64,000 nt of DNA from an uncultured delta proteobacterium (GCA_963769935.1 CAVYNY010000020.1:192001-256000); one strand, 5' to 3'. Positions 48,947 to 59,844 are shown, counted from the stretch's first letter. Numbers and translations: made by a program. Notes: generated by a model from the sequence alone, not told the origin.

Positions 48947-51608
48947 TTAAGACTCACTTCGTCCGGCGCTGACCATCTGGGCCAGCGACCGGGCCATATT
49001 GTCCAGGAACGCTTCATCCGGAAGCGAAATCGTCATTTTCAAGGTGCCGTCGTCCGCTTTTTCCATGCAATCGCTCAATTTGGCTTTGAAGGCACCGGCC
49101 AGCTGCGTCATTTCTTCCGATTCCTCCCTGGCTGAAAACATTTCACCGATAAACGCAAAGGCCGCCCCCATCAGTTTTCCGCCGGCCGCGGCGATTTTTT
49201 CTTTTCTGGCCAGTGCTTCGGCCTCCTTCTCAACCTGTTGCCGCATGCTTTCATCTTCGGCGGCATCCGGTTTTTCTCCCAGCAGAACCTCCAGTCTTCG
49301 TTTGAGCTCTTCCATGCCGGTGGCCATGTCAACCTTTGTCAGCTCGCAATCCGGATCGAGCACGGCCTGGGCAAGTTCATGCTTGGCGGAAAGCGTTGCC
49401 AGCAGGTTTTCTTCCAGGGTGTTTTCGGTCACCAGCAGATAGACCTGCACCGGCCGTTTCTGACCCATGCGATGCGCCCGACCGATGCGCTGCTCCAGGA
49501 CGGCCGGATTCCATGGCAGATCGACATTAATGACCGTATTGGCGGCCTGCAGGTTCAATCCGGTGGAACCGGCATTGGTGGTAATAAACAACCTGCAATC
49601 GGGGTCATTCTGAAACCGGTGCATGAGCGCCTGGCGCTTTTTTTGAGGCACGGACCCGTCCAGTCTGACATAATTCAGCTGCTGCTTTTCCAGAATCGGT
49701 TCGATCAGATTCAGCATGGTGGTCCATTCGGAAAACAGGACAACTTTGCGATCATCCTCCGCCATGAGCTGCTCCAGCAGTTGGCTGAGTTCGGCCAATT
49801 TGCTGGAGTACCCCGGCGGCTGCTTGTCCACTAAGAAGGTGCTGTCGGCGCACATCCGGCACATCAGCAGCGCTTTTTGCAGCCGGAGCAGATCCATTTC
49901 CGTCAGATATCTTTTCTGGATAATGGTCTGAATAATCTGGCGGTGTCCTTTCTGCAAATCAAGCTGCTCTTCGGTCGGCGGAATTCTTAAGATTTGATTG
50001 GTGCGCGGCGGCAGGTCTTTAATCACCTGCTGGCGGGTGCGTCGCAGCATGATCGGTTTGAGCTGATCTCTTAATGTATCAAGATTTTTGTAGCCTAGCA
50101 GTTTGCCTTTTTCATCGACCACCCGGTGGCGGTTGAAAAACCGAAATGCCGGTCCCAGCCTGCGATCGTCGATGAATTCCACCACCGAAAAAAGCTCGTC
50201 AATGCGGTTTTCAAGGGGCGTTCCCGAAAGCACCAGGGCAAAGGGGGATTTTAACGCCTTGATGACCCGGCTGGTTTTGGCCTCCCAGTTTTTGATGCGC
50301 TGGCCTTCGTCCAGGATAATCAGGTCCCACCGGACACGCTCGATCGACAGAAAATCACGCAGCACCTGCTCGTAGTTGCAGACCGTAAAAAAGCTGTCGC
50401 TTTCATACTGCGCCGGTCGATCCTTGGCACTTCCCAGAATAAGCCGGCAGCTGCGGTTGCTGAACCGCTTGATCTCGATGCGCCACTGCGATTTCAGGGA
50501 AGCCGGACAGATCACCAGCACCTTGGTGATGGTCGCATGCCGGGACAGCAGTTCGGCCACCCCGATGCCCTGGATGGTTTTGCCCAGACCCATGTCGTCG
50601 GCCAGGACCGCCCGGCCGGCCCCGGCGGCAAAGGCCACCCCGTCCAGCTGGTAGGGCAGCAATTCGGCTTTGAGCAGGGTCCGCCGCAGGGGATGCGTTT
50701 TCGGGTTTTCACGAATCCCGGCCACACTTTCGCCCATGCGCTCCTGGAACAGCTTGTGGTTGATGTATTCTTCGGCATCCGGATAAACCGTTACCGGGGC
50801 ATCCAGGTTCTCAAGCCGCCGGATGCAGTGGATCAGGCTTCTTTTACATTTTTAATTGCTGTGTCTCTGAAGGGTTTGACCAGCTTTGAGATTTCCGGGA
50901 TCAAGATTGTCCGGAATCAGCATGCCGAGCTGCAGCTGCTCGGCCGTAGCGCAGGTAAACACAGAGGTCATTGATTTCGGCCGGCGTTTCTCTGACGGTC
51001 TTGTTGAATTTTTTCCGGACCTGTCCAAGGCGCAAATGATGTGCTTGCAGGTGCCGAGCGTATTTTTGCGGAAATCCGGACACGAACAGTATGACTCGCC
51101 CAATTCCCAGCCCCGCAGGGCGATGCGATAACTTTTGCCGGAAACCTGACTGGTAAGGATATATTCGGTCCACAAGGCGCCTGGATCGAGCGATTGCAGT
51201 CGCATTTTTTCGGTTTGCGCTCTTTGTCTCCGATCGGCAAGTGCTTCTTCGACCAGGGCTTCGTCGCTCAGGCTCTCCATGGGGATTCTTTCAGGCGGCG
51301 GCGCCGCAAGCCCCAGCGTCAGTTTTTCCTCTAAAATCAGAGATAGGGCCGCCCCCTGATGTTCACAGGCACCGGGACAGACGCTGCAGTGAATGTTCAA
51401 ACGCTGCGCTTTTTGGGGATCGAGGCGGATGGAGACCTCTGGCCTCTTCGAGGTTCAGCCTGAAATGCTCGTTGTTGAAAGTTACCTGCTCAAACACGTC
51501 AATCTCATATTTACCGCCTTCCAAAATCAATTGCTTTCCTTGTGGGCCCAGCAGCTTGCAGGCTTGCGCATAAGAAAGACGAGACAGCTTATCTTTCAAT
51601 GTTATCAT
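48947..51608 (-). pseudogene. SWIM zinc-finger plus SNF2 helicase, several frameshifts in 50840-51440 (possibly sequencing errors)
   Basis: CSCPDF..GTCKH SWIM motif; LADDMGLGKT, DEGQ, SGTPLEN, QRIGRAHRMGQ; N-terminal part split over several frames. Confidence 0.85.
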
Positions 51609-51786
51609 GGTGACCTGTTCCTTATTTATATCGGCATGATTGTTGATTGTACGTCGTCGGTGTCTGCAGGATCGTATGTCCGGTCGGAGAACTTCTTTAA
51701 TTATCCCTCGGATTGTTTTCTGTCAACCTTGAACCGCATCAAAATTCGGCTACGAAGACACACGGGCTATAGGAAGTGCTAACTCA

Positions 51787-51815
51787 TTGACTTTATGTAA
51801 TTTCTAATCTATTCT
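51787..51815 (+). promoter_or_regulatory. Putative sigma70 promoter of the GHKL ATPase gene
   Basis: TTGACT-17 bp-TATTCT. Confidence 0.5.
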
Positions 51816-51825
51816 AACCTTGAAT

Positions 51826-51912
51826 GGGTTTGCCGGTTGGCCCGTTTGCCGGAGTGCCGGTTTACTGAAACGGGTCAACGGGCCCACGGGCTAACGGACT
51901 AACCGACCAACG
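51826..51912. repeat. Inverted-arm element, family B, copy 2
   Basis: gggtttgccggttggcccgtttgccgg ... aacgggtcaacgggcccacgggctaacggactaaccgaccaacg. Confidence 0.72.
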
Positions 51913-51924
51913 AGGACGACAGCC

Positions 51925-53436
51925 ATGTCAAACGAAGTATCCCATCTGACGATCACCGTTGATAAGAGTCATATTTTAAGCCTGGGCGAGCGGCTGTACG
52001 AGCAGAGCATCGAGCTGATCCGCGAACTGGTCAATAATGCCTACGATGCCGATGCCACGCGGGTGGATGTGACGGTCTCCGGCAAGGAGATTGTTGTGGC
52101 AGACAACGGCGATGGAATGGATATGACAGGACTTGAGCAATACTTCAATGTCGGTTCCGACGCCAAACTGCTTCATCCCAAATCTCCCCGGTTCGGCCGC
52201 GACCGCATCGGCCAGTTCGGCATCGGCAAGTTTGCAAGTCTGGCGGCCGCTTCCCGCTTTGAAATTACAACCCAGAAAGAAGCGTTTTGCGCCCGGGTCG
52301 TATTCGACCGAACCCGCTGGCTGGGACAGGGCGACTCCTGGGTGATCCCCCTTACGCGCCTGGAGCCTGATGCCGACCGGGGCAATGGGACCACCGTGCG
52401 CCTGGTAGATCTTAAAAGGATCTTCAAACCGGAGGACGTTACCCGGCGAATTGCCGAAGGTGTGCCGATCCGGGCCAAAAATTTTGCGGTTTACGTCAAC
52501 CGATATCGGGTGACGCCGCACCGATGGTCGGGCAACCGTATGCCGGTGATGGAAGGTACCCCTCACGGCATTATTCATGGAGAAATAGTGATTCTACCGG
52601 CTTCCCAGGCGTCCACCGAAAATATGGGAATCGAAATCAAGGTCAAGGGGGTCACGGTGCGGCGGGAGCTTTTCAATATCGCTGCCTGGGGCAAGGCCGC
52701 CACCCGCATCCGAGGAGAAATTCATGCCGATTTTCTGCCTTTGACCAGCGACCGGTCCGGATTTTTGGAGGACACCCCGCAATTTGAGGCTTTTCTGAAA
52801 GGCATGCAGAAAACAATTGCCGACGTTGAGAAGGTTTACCGGCAGCTGGCCTCCAAGAAGGAAAATCAAAAGGTCAGCCGGGCACTCAAGGAAGCGTTGC
52901 AGCGCGTTTATCAGGCGCTGTCCCTGAACCCGGAACTTTCCCCCTTCGGGGTTGTTCCGTTGGCGGAAAAAGGCCGCCCGGGCGTCGGCGAGACCGCCGT
53001 GGAATCCGGCTCGACGAACCAGGCGCCTGAGCAGATTAAGCCGCACGACGAGACCCGGCCGGATTCAGATCAGGGGAATGAACCATCCGCAGATGCGGAG
53101 GAGAAACCAAAAAAGGTGCGCAAGCCTTCTCTCAGAATTGCCACGCCGAACGCGGTGGTAAAAAGGCTCAAGTTCGGGGATACGGGTGTTACCTGCTGTC
53201 TGGATCACCTGGGGGAGGACGGACCGGAGTGTATTACGGAGGGAACGATCATTTATATCAACCGGGATCACCCTTTGTACAAACGCGAGTCCAAGAAAAA
53301 GGAAGCCCACATCCTGAACATCGCCCGTCTGATTACCCAGGAGATATCCCTGATGAAAGATTCGGCCAATCCGCGCGAGGCTTTCAACCGCCAGTCCAAA
53401 CTTCTGCGGGATGCCTTCAGAGACGCAGATGATTAG
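51925..53436 (+). CDS. GHKL (MORC/Hsp90-like, HATPase_c_3) ATPase
   Basis: RELVNNAYDA, DNGDGM, GQFGIGK, GTTV; C-terminal IYINRDHPLY. Confidence 0.88.
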   Translation: MSNEVSHLTITVDKSHILSLGERLYEQSIELIRELVNNAYDADATRVDVTVSGKEIVVADNGDGMDMTGLEQYFNVGSDAKLLHPKSPRFGRDRIGQFGIGKFASLAAASRFEITTQKEAFCARVVFDRTRWLGQGDSWVIPLTRLEPDADRGNGTTVRLVDLKRIFKPEDVTRRIAEGVPIRAKNFAVYVNRYRVTPHRWSGNRMPVMEGTPHGIIHGEIVILPASQASTENMGIEIKVKGVTVRRELFNIAAWGKAATRIRGEIHADFLPLTSDRSGFLEDTPQFEAFLKGMQKTIADVEKVYRQLASKKENQKVSRALKEALQRVYQALSLNPELSPFGVVPLAEKGRPGVGETAVESGSTNQAPEQIKPHDETRPDSDQGNEPSADAEEKPKKVRKPSLRIATPNAVVKRLKFGDTGVTCCLDHLGEDGPECITEGTIIYINRDHPLYKRESKKKEAHILNIARLITQEISLMKDSANPREAFNRQSKLLRDAFRDADD

Positions 53437-53607
53437 CCTTGGTGTCGACTTGCCAGGTACCGGCTCTGTGAGGCCCGGAATAAATTCCATGCAAACATTT
53501 TTTCAATTGGTTAAATTCGAGGAGAAAACCGCGAATCTTTTCAGGGTGGGCAGAGTACCGGGGCTTCGTCGGCTTTTAGTTCGCGTCATGTTCTGCTGCT
53601 GTTGACC

Positions 53608-54294
53608 TCATTTTCCCTTACGCAGCCGGCGAAGTTTTCGCTTCAATTTCACCTGCAATCGCTTAAGAGGAGTTATCGGGGCGCCTTCAAAGCGTGATCT
53701 GAGTTCCACATAGAAGCTGGATAATGAATTCAGCGTCAACTTAAACAGGTCATCCCGGCCATCGGTCGCGCCGCGGCAGATGTGATGATGGCAACCGATG
53801 GCAACGGCTTGAACCGGCACGAGCATCTGGATCTTCGATAGATCATCCAACTCCAATCTTTTTTCTGCCGACTCAATCTGCATTGCGGCCGCACGCACGT
53901 CATGTCTATCCCGGGCATATTCCTTATAGCGCATGGCGATAAGCTTTTTCCAGATCTTAAGGTGTTCGGCCGCGACGCCTAGGGTCCTCAAGTAGTTAAT
54001 ATGAGCTTTGGAAATTTTTTTGTTCAGATTGGAAAGATAGCCGCGGAATTCTCCGGCAACCCGGAGATCGGGCGCCTCGAGTACGAGCATGATCAGGACA
54101 ACCGCGGCAACCACCAGCTCATTGAAGATGCGGTCCTGCTCCGTCTGACTCAGATGCTCGAAGCGTGCCAGGTGTCGGAACTGTTTGTCATTAAACAGCT
54201 GGAACGCGGCGTTGCCGGCGGCCTGCACCAGAGCCGCCGCCGTTTCTCCGGCCATTTGATCGAGTGATTCAAATGGCGGTTTATTCTTCGTCAT
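53608..54294 (-). CDS. Hypothetical helical protein
   Basis: 228-aa ORF, no recognised motif. Confidence 0.7.
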   Translation of the reverse strand: MTKNKPPFESLDQMAGETAAALVQAAGNAAFQLFNDKQFRHLARFEHLSQTEQDRIFNELVVAAVVLIMLVLEAPDLRVAGEFRGYLSNLNKKISKAHINYLRTLGVAAEHLKIWKKLIAMRYKEYARDRHDVRAAAMQIESAEKRLELDDLSKIQMLVPVQAVAIGCHHHICRGATDGRDDLFKLTLNSLSSFYVELRSRFEGAPITPLKRLQVKLKRKLRRLRKGK

Positions 54295-54419
54295 GTCGTT
54301 TACTCAGATAATCGATATCCCGGCGTTTTCGGGCAAGTTTGATCCGATAAAAAATTGGGTAAAAAATTGGGTCTGCGCTTTCAGCGGCGAAGTATGCGGG
54401 AAAACGCCGGGCATGTCAA

Positions 54420-54489
54420 CAAACATAAGGAATTCTTCTATCAGAATTTCACCTGGTGTTATGGGTTCAAGTTTTTTCATGATGGACAC
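54420..54489 (-). pseudogene. higA: HigA antitoxin N-terminal fragment
   Basis: MKKLEPITPGEILIEEFL, then loses similarity. Confidence 0.7.
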
Positions 54490-54492
54490 TCC

Positions 54493-54636
54493 TTAATGAT
54501 AATCAACAATTTCGACGTCTTCTGCGAATCCATCCAACCAACGAAAGCAGATTCGCCACTGATCATTGATGCGAATGCTGCATTGACCGGAACGATCTCC
54601 CTTGAGTGCCTCAAGGTGATTGCCAGGTGGAACTCT
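54493..54636 (-). pseudogene. higB: HigB (RelE/ParE plasmid-killer) toxin C-terminal fragment
   Basis: RVPPGNHLEALKGDRSGQCSIRINDQWRICFRW...VEIVDYH; 5' half missing, begins at the attC core. Confidence 0.82.
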
Positions 54637-54763
54637 TATCAACCCCAAGCTGAGCGGCCGGGGACGAGCAGACACGGCCTTTCCAAAAGCCTGAATCTTT
54701 GATTAATGATGAATTCCCTTAAGCGCCGCAGGCCCCCCGGTCCGCTTGAGCGCCTGGTTGGCC
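54637..54763 (-). other. Integron attC site
   Basis: GGCCAAC caggcgctcaagcggaccgggg ... ccccggccgctcagcttggg GTTGATA; 38 nt after a stop codon. Confidence 0.85.
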
Positions 54764-54801
54764 ATATGCTGCAAGAACAAGAAACTTTACATAATTCGAC
54801 T

Positions 54802-55611
54802 CTACACATCTATCCCAAAAATTTGAGGTTCTTTCCGAGTACTGCAATTTTCATTTAACCAGTTGGCAATTTTTTTCATCATGCTGTCTTCCCAAACCCT
54901 TGCACCTGTGGGACAGTTTTTAATACAAGCACAACAGCGAATGCATAGCTCGATTTTAGTTGCCACGCTCGCATTAATTGAAATGGCTGCAGTTGGACAT
55001 ACACTGGCGCACGTACCACAAACTGTGCATGTGTCTTCTTTGGTCACTGGTGAAACAGCCATAGATCGCGCTCCGCCTTCATATGGAAATCTGCCGGGAA
55101 TTTCCAAATCCATTTGGGCATCAGGTGATTGTAACGCTGTGACTTTATCTTTAATTTTTGCTCCAAAATCCATTGCCTTTTGAACATCCAGGCTATCCGG
55201 ACGTCCATTTGCGATGGGGACATCCTTTGTTGCAAAAGAGTGCTCCCCGATGAATGCACCACCGGCAACCGGATTAAAGCCTAACTCAATTGCAAGATTT
55301 TTTAATTCTAACAATGCATCTTCAAACTCCCGGTTCCCATATACAACTATGAGAATCGCTAAGGTTTTGCTTGCTTTTATCTGTTTGAATCGATTGATTG
55401 CATCAACTGGCAGACGACCACCGTAAACAGGTGCACCTATAATTACGAGTTCATCTGAAAAGGGCGGAATTGTTTGTTGAGCTCCTTCCGGAAGTGTCAA
55501 ATTAATATGCTCGACATCTTCAACAGTGATACCTTTAGCAATACTTTCCAATACTTTTTGAGTGGTTCCAGTGGGTGAAAAATAGATGAGTTTTACCTTT
55601 TTAACTTCCAT
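54802..55611 (-). CDS. Flavodoxin-fold plus 4Fe-4S protein (EFR1-like), cassette-borne
   Basis: YFSPTGTT, GAPVYGG, VYGNR; CTVCGTCASVCP, CIRCCACIKNCP; AT-rich; RBS aggagg. Confidence 0.88.
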   Translation of the reverse strand: MEVKKVKLIYFSPTGTTQKVLESIAKGITVEDVEHINLTLPEGAQQTIPPFSDELVIIGAPVYGGRLPVDAINRFKQIKASKTLAILIVVYGNREFEDALLELKNLAIELGFNPVAGGAFIGEHSFATKDVPIANGRPDSLDVQKAMDFGAKIKDKVTALQSPDAQMDLEIPGRFPYEGGARSMAVSPVTKEDTCTVCGTCASVCPTAAISINASVATKIELCIRCCACIKNCPTGARVWEDSMMKKIANWLNENCSTRKEPQIFGIDV

Positions 55612-55791
55612 TGTTATCTCCTCCTGCTCACGAGAGCTTCCCATAAATACCTTCATTTGCTCTTCTTTCAATTACGATTATTATAAATTTGGGGGGGATT
55701 TATGGGACGTCCATTGATTTATTGATTTTTGCCTGATACCGGTTGAGAGAATATAAACGATGCATATCCATAAAATTTTATAATATCAGAT

Positions 55792-55935
55792 ATGTCTGAA
55801 CAAAAAAATCGAAAATTATTGGATGAGGTGCGGGATTACTTGCAGCTTCATCATTATTCGATTTATACAGAAAGAACCTGTTACGACTGGATAATAAAAT
55901 TTGTTCAATTTCACCAAATGAAATCAAGAAAGGAT
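55792..55935 (+). pseudogene. intI: Integron integrase N-terminal (SAM-like) fragment
   Basis: KLLDEVRDYLQLHHYSIYTERTCYDWIIKFVQFH matches the IntI N-terminus; divergent from an attC-ended cassette; catalytic domain absent. Confidence 0.78.
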
Positions 55936-56105
55936 TCGAAACGTTTCGACAAATTTCATCCGAGTCTTTTCCCTTTCATTTTTAATAAATTTGTGATTAA
56001 TTTTTCACAACAAAAAAAATATTATCCTTATCATCAGTGTCCCATATTTTTAAACTATGAGCGATCCGCTATCAACCGCAGGGCGGACATCTTGGGGGTG
56101 TTTCC

Positions 56106-58157
56106 ATGTCCGATAACACTGAGATTTCCAAGGCAATGAATATCCACCTGGGAGAAATTTTTGATGATTTGCCTGCCATGCCGCAATTTGTGGAAGGCAT
56201 TCGCCGCGCGCCCGCCCGGCATTTTAACCTCTCTCAAAAAGATACCGCGCTAGCCCTTAAAAATGCCCTGCGCTACATTCCTGAAAAGTGGCATCAGACC
56301 CTGGCGCCCGAGTTCCTGGAGGAGCTGCTCTCAAGGGGTCGAATTTACGGTTACCGATTCAGACCTGAAGGTACGCTCAAAGGCAAGCCGATTGAAGAAT
56401 ACCGGGGCAACTGCATCGAAGGCCAAGCCTTTCAGGTCATGATTGAAAACAACCTGGACTTTGATGTGGCCCTGTATCCTTACGAACTGGTGACCTACGG
56501 CGAAACCGGTCAGGTCTGCCAGAACTGGATGCAGTACCGGCTGATCAAGCGCTACCTGGAGGTGCTTACCCGAGACCAGACCCTGGTGATGGAATCCGGC
56601 CATCCGCTGGGCTTGTTTGCGTCATCGCCGGATGCCCCGCGGGTGATCATCACCAATGCGCTGATGGTGGGCTGCTTTGACGACCAGGACAACTGGCACC
56701 GCGCCATGGCACTGGGGGTGGCCAACTACGGCCAGATGACGGCCGGCGGCTGGATGTACATCGGCCCCCAGGGAATCGTGCACGGTACTTACAGCACCAT
56801 TCTCAATGCCGGACGGGCCAAGCTGGGGATACCCGCCGATAAAGATTTAACCGGACATTTGTTCGTATCCTCCGGGCTGGGCGGCATGAGCGGCGCCCAG
56901 GGCAAGGCCGTGGAGATTGCCAACGGGGTGGCCGTCATCGCCGAGGTCGATAAAACCAGGATTCAAACCCGGCTGGAACAGGGATGGATTAAAAAATCCG
57001 TCGAAGATCCGGCCGAAGCCTTCAAACTGGCGGCCGACCACCTGCGGGCCCAAAAGAGCATCTCCATCGCCTATTCCGGCAACGTGGTGGATCTGATCGA
57101 ATACGCGGTCAACAGCCATATTAAAATTGGTTTGCTGTCGGATCAAACGTCCTGCCACGCGGTCTACGAGGGCGGGTACTGCCCCCAGGGGATTTCGTTT
57201 GAAGAGCGCACGGAGCTGCTAAAGTCCGGCCATGCCGGCTTCAAGGAAATGGTGGACGCTACCCTGAGACGTCATTATGAATTGATTAAAATCCTGGTTG
57301 AGCGCGGGACCTATTTTTTCGATTACGGCAACAGTTTTTTAAAGGCCGTTTATGATGCCGGCGTCACCGATATCTGCAAAAACGGGAAGGATGCGCTGGA
57401 TGGATTTGTTTTACAATCCTACGTGGAAGACCTCATGGGACCCATTCTGTTCGACTACGGCTACGGTCCCTTTCGCTGGGTGTGCCTGAGCGGCAGGCAG
57501 GAAGATCTGCTCAAAACCGATCAGGCCGCCATGGCGTGCATTGATCCGGACCGCCGATTTCAGGATCGCGACAACTACATCTGGATCAGGGACGCCGCCC
57601 AAAACAAACTGGTGGTCGGCACCAAAGCCAGGATATTATACCAGGATGCCTGGGGCCGCATGACCATTGCCCTTAAATTCAACGAAATGGTGCGCACCGG
57701 AGCAATCGGCCCGGTGATGCTGGGCCGGGACCACCACGACACCGGCGGCACGGATTCGCCCTTCAGGGAAACCGCCAACATCAAAGACGGCAGCAATATC
57801 ATGGCGGACATGGCCACCCAGTGCTTTGCCGGCAATGCCTGCCGCGGCATGAGCCTGGTGGCCCTGCACAACGGCGGCGGCGTCGGCATCGGCAAGGCCA
57901 TCAACGGCGGCTTCGGCCTGGTATTGGACGGCAGTGAACGCGTGGATAACGTCATCAAAAAGGCCATCCCCTGGGATGTTATGGGCGGCGTTGCCCGCCG
58001 CGCCTGGGCCCGCAATGAAAATTCCATCGCCACCGGCATCGCCTATAATGAAATGCGCCGGGACTCGGATCATATCACATTGCCGTTTCTTACCGATGAG
58101 AGGATGGTGGAAGGCCTGGTATCGAAAGCCTTTGAAAAACTAGAAGCGAAAGGTTAG
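56106..58157 (+). CDS. hutU: Urocanate hydratase (long form)
   Basis: YGQMTAGGWMYIGPQGIVHGT, GLGGMSGAQ, DQTSCH, GRDHHD, HNGGGVG. Confidence 0.96.
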   Translation: MSDNTEISKAMNIHLGEIFDDLPAMPQFVEGIRRAPARHFNLSQKDTALALKNALRYIPEKWHQTLAPEFLEELLSRGRIYGYRFRPEGTLKGKPIEEYRGNCIEGQAFQVMIENNLDFDVALYPYELVTYGETGQVCQNWMQYRLIKRYLEVLTRDQTLVMESGHPLGLFASSPDAPRVIITNALMVGCFDDQDNWHRAMALGVANYGQMTAGGWMYIGPQGIVHGTYSTILNAGRAKLGIPADKDLTGHLFVSSGLGGMSGAQGKAVEIANGVAVIAEVDKTRIQTRLEQGWIKKSVEDPAEAFKLAADHLRAQKSISIAYSGNVVDLIEYAVNSHIKIGLLSDQTSCHAVYEGGYCPQGISFEERTELLKSGHAGFKEMVDATLRRHYELIKILVERGTYFFDYGNSFLKAVYDAGVTDICKNGKDALDGFVLQSYVEDLMGPILFDYGYGPFRWVCLSGRQEDLLKTDQAAMACIDPDRRFQDRDNYIWIRDAAQNKLVVGTKARILYQDAWGRMTIALKFNEMVRTGAIGPVMLGRDHHDTGGTDSPFRETANIKDGSNIMADMATQCFAGNACRGMSLVALHNGGGVGIGKAINGGFGLVLDGSERVDNVIKKAIPWDVMGGVARRAWARNENSIATGIAYNEMRRDSDHITLPFLTDERMVEGLVSKAFEKLEAKG

Positions 58158-58365
58158 CCCGTTTGCCAGTTGCCGGTTATCCGGTTATCCTCGCCGTAGC
58201 GGGATTTAGCCTGTCGAAAACATATTGGCTAATTGGCTAACAGGCCAACGGATTAAGGGGCCACGGGCCAACCGGCCAACCATGGCCAACGGGCTAACGG
58301 CCCAACGGCCCAACGGGCTAACGGGCCAACGGGCTAACAGGCCAACGGGCTAACAGGCGCAACCG
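58152..58365. repeat. Inverted-arm element, family B, copy 3
   Basis: ggttagcccgtttgccagttgccggttatccggttatcc ... more than ten ggc(c/t)aac(g/a) units; begins at the hutU stop codon. Confidence 0.82.
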
Positions 58366-58380
58366 ATCAAGGAGAAAAAA

Positions 58381-59286
58381 ATGTCATCGATGAAAAAGAT
58401 ATTGGAATGCGTACCGAATTTCAGCGAGGGGCGCGATCTGGATAAATTGGAAAAAATCCTGGAACCTTTGCGCGGCAAAGACGGTGTCAAGCTGTTGGAC
58501 TTTCAAAACGATGAAGACCACAACCGGGCGGTCGTTACGATCGTCGGCGAGCCCGATCCGTTGAAGGCCGCCGTCATTGAATCCATGGGGGTTGCCATCG
58601 AGGTCATCGATATGCGCCGGCATCAGGGCCAGCACCCCCGGATGGGCGCCATCGATGTGGTCCCGTTTATTCCGGTGAAAAATATCAGCCTGGAGGAGGC
58701 GGTCGATATTTCAAAGGATGTCGCCGCGAAGGCGGCCGCCAAGTACAATCTGCCGATTTATTTATATGAGAAATCCGCCTCCAAGCCCGAACGGCAAAAC
58801 CTGGCTGCCGTCAGAAAGGGTCAGTTCGAGGGCATGGCTGAAAAAATCACCCAGCCGGAGTGGAAGCCTGATTTCGGTCCGGCGCAGATTCACCCTTCGG
58901 CCGGGGTGACTGCCATGGGTGCCAGGATGCCGCTGGTGGCCTATAATGTGAATTTAGCCACCCCTGATTTTGAAATCGCCGACAAGATCGCCAGGCAGGT
59001 CCGGCACCTTAGCGGCGGTCTGCGATACTGCAAGGCGATCGGCATTGAATTAAAGGACCGGGGCCTGGTCCAGGTTTCGATGAATATGACCGACTACAGC
59101 AAAACCGCCTTATACCGCGTGTTTGAGCTGATAAAAATCGAAGCCCGGCGCTACGGCGTCAGTGTCGTGGGCAGCGAAATCATCGGCCTGGTGCCCATGG
59201 AAGCCCTGATGGACACCGCGGCCTATTACCTGGGGCTGGAGGATTTTTCCATGGAGCAGGTGCTGGAGACGAGGATATGGGAGTAG
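58381..59286 (+). CDS. ftcD: Glutamate formiminotransferase
   Basis: ECVPNFSEGR, DHNR, HPRMGAIDVVPF, QVSMN. Confidence 0.95.
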   Translation: MSSMKKILECVPNFSEGRDLDKLEKILEPLRGKDGVKLLDFQNDEDHNRAVVTIVGEPDPLKAAVIESMGVAIEVIDMRRHQGQHPRMGAIDVVPFIPVKNISLEEAVDISKDVAAKAAAKYNLPIYLYEKSASKPERQNLAAVRKGQFEGMAEKITQPEWKPDFGPAQIHPSAGVTAMGARMPLVAYNVNLATPDFEIADKIARQVRHLSGGLRYCKAIGIELKDRGLVQVSMNMTDYSKTALYRVFELIKIEARRYGVSVVGSEIIGLVPMEALMDTAAYYLGLEDFSMEQVLETRIWE

Positions 59287-59290
59287 GGCT

Positions 59291-59360
59291 GGATGCTGGA
59301 TACTGGATGCTGGATACTGGATGCTGGATGTTGGATGCTGGAAGCTTGATACCGGCTGCT
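59291..59360 (+). repeat. Heptamer tandem array (GGATGCT)x10, left arm
   Basis: ggatgct ggatact ggatgct ggatact ggatgct ggatgtt ggatgct ggaagct tgatacc ggctgct. Confidence 0.9.
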
Positions 59361-59427
59361 GGATTAAAGATGATAGATGGTCAGAATGCATACTATGAAC
59401 AAATAGAAAAGGATTAAGGGGGGAAGT

Positions 59428-59805
59428 TTGAGCTATAAGAAATTGGAAATTTGGCAGCTTGCTCATGAACTGGTTATTGACAAACATTTTATGACTCTGA
59501 ATAAGCTGCCAAAATTTGAAATGTATGAGGAAGGGGCTCAAATTCGGAAATCTTGCAAATCGGTAAAATCGACAATTGTGGAAGGCTACGGAAGGCGAAG
59601 ATACAAGCAGGAATTTATTCGTTTCCTAACTTATGCATTGGGTTCAAATGATGAAACACTTGATCATCTCGAAACACTATTTGAGACCGGTTCATTAACC
59701 GATCGCCCATTATATGAAGAGCTGCATCAGCGGATTGACCTTTTAGGGAAAAAAATAAATCTATTCATTCAATCCGTCCAAAAAAAACATATCAGCGAAA
59801 AGTGA
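59428..59805 (+). CDS. Four helix bundle protein (TIGR02436 / 23S rRNA IVP / Avd-like family)
   Basis: [46 protein letters not shown]-rich relative to neighbours. Confidence 0.9.
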   Translation: MSYKKLEIWQLAHELVIDKHFMTLNKLPKFEMYEEGAQIRKSCKSVKSTIVEGYGRRRYKQEFIRFLTYALGSNDETLDHLETLFETGSLTDRPLYEELHQRIDLLGKKINLFIQSVQKKHISEK

Positions 59806-59844
59806 CAATTTTTTAACTTTTTAGATCAAGCTATCAAAAATTAT

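Noticed and set aside
50840..51440. Programmed frameshifting in the SWIM-SNF2 gene
   Set aside because: Several scattered single-base indels with no consistent slippery motif; sequencing error or decay is more likely
58240..58365. Possible CRISPR array in the repeat-rich intergenic stretches
   Set aside because: Units are 7-8 nt in tandem with no unique spacers, and no cas genes are present
59428..59805. Diversity-generating retroelement
   Set aside because: Only an Avd-like gene; no reverse transcriptase and no TR/VR pair with adenine-specific mismatches seen
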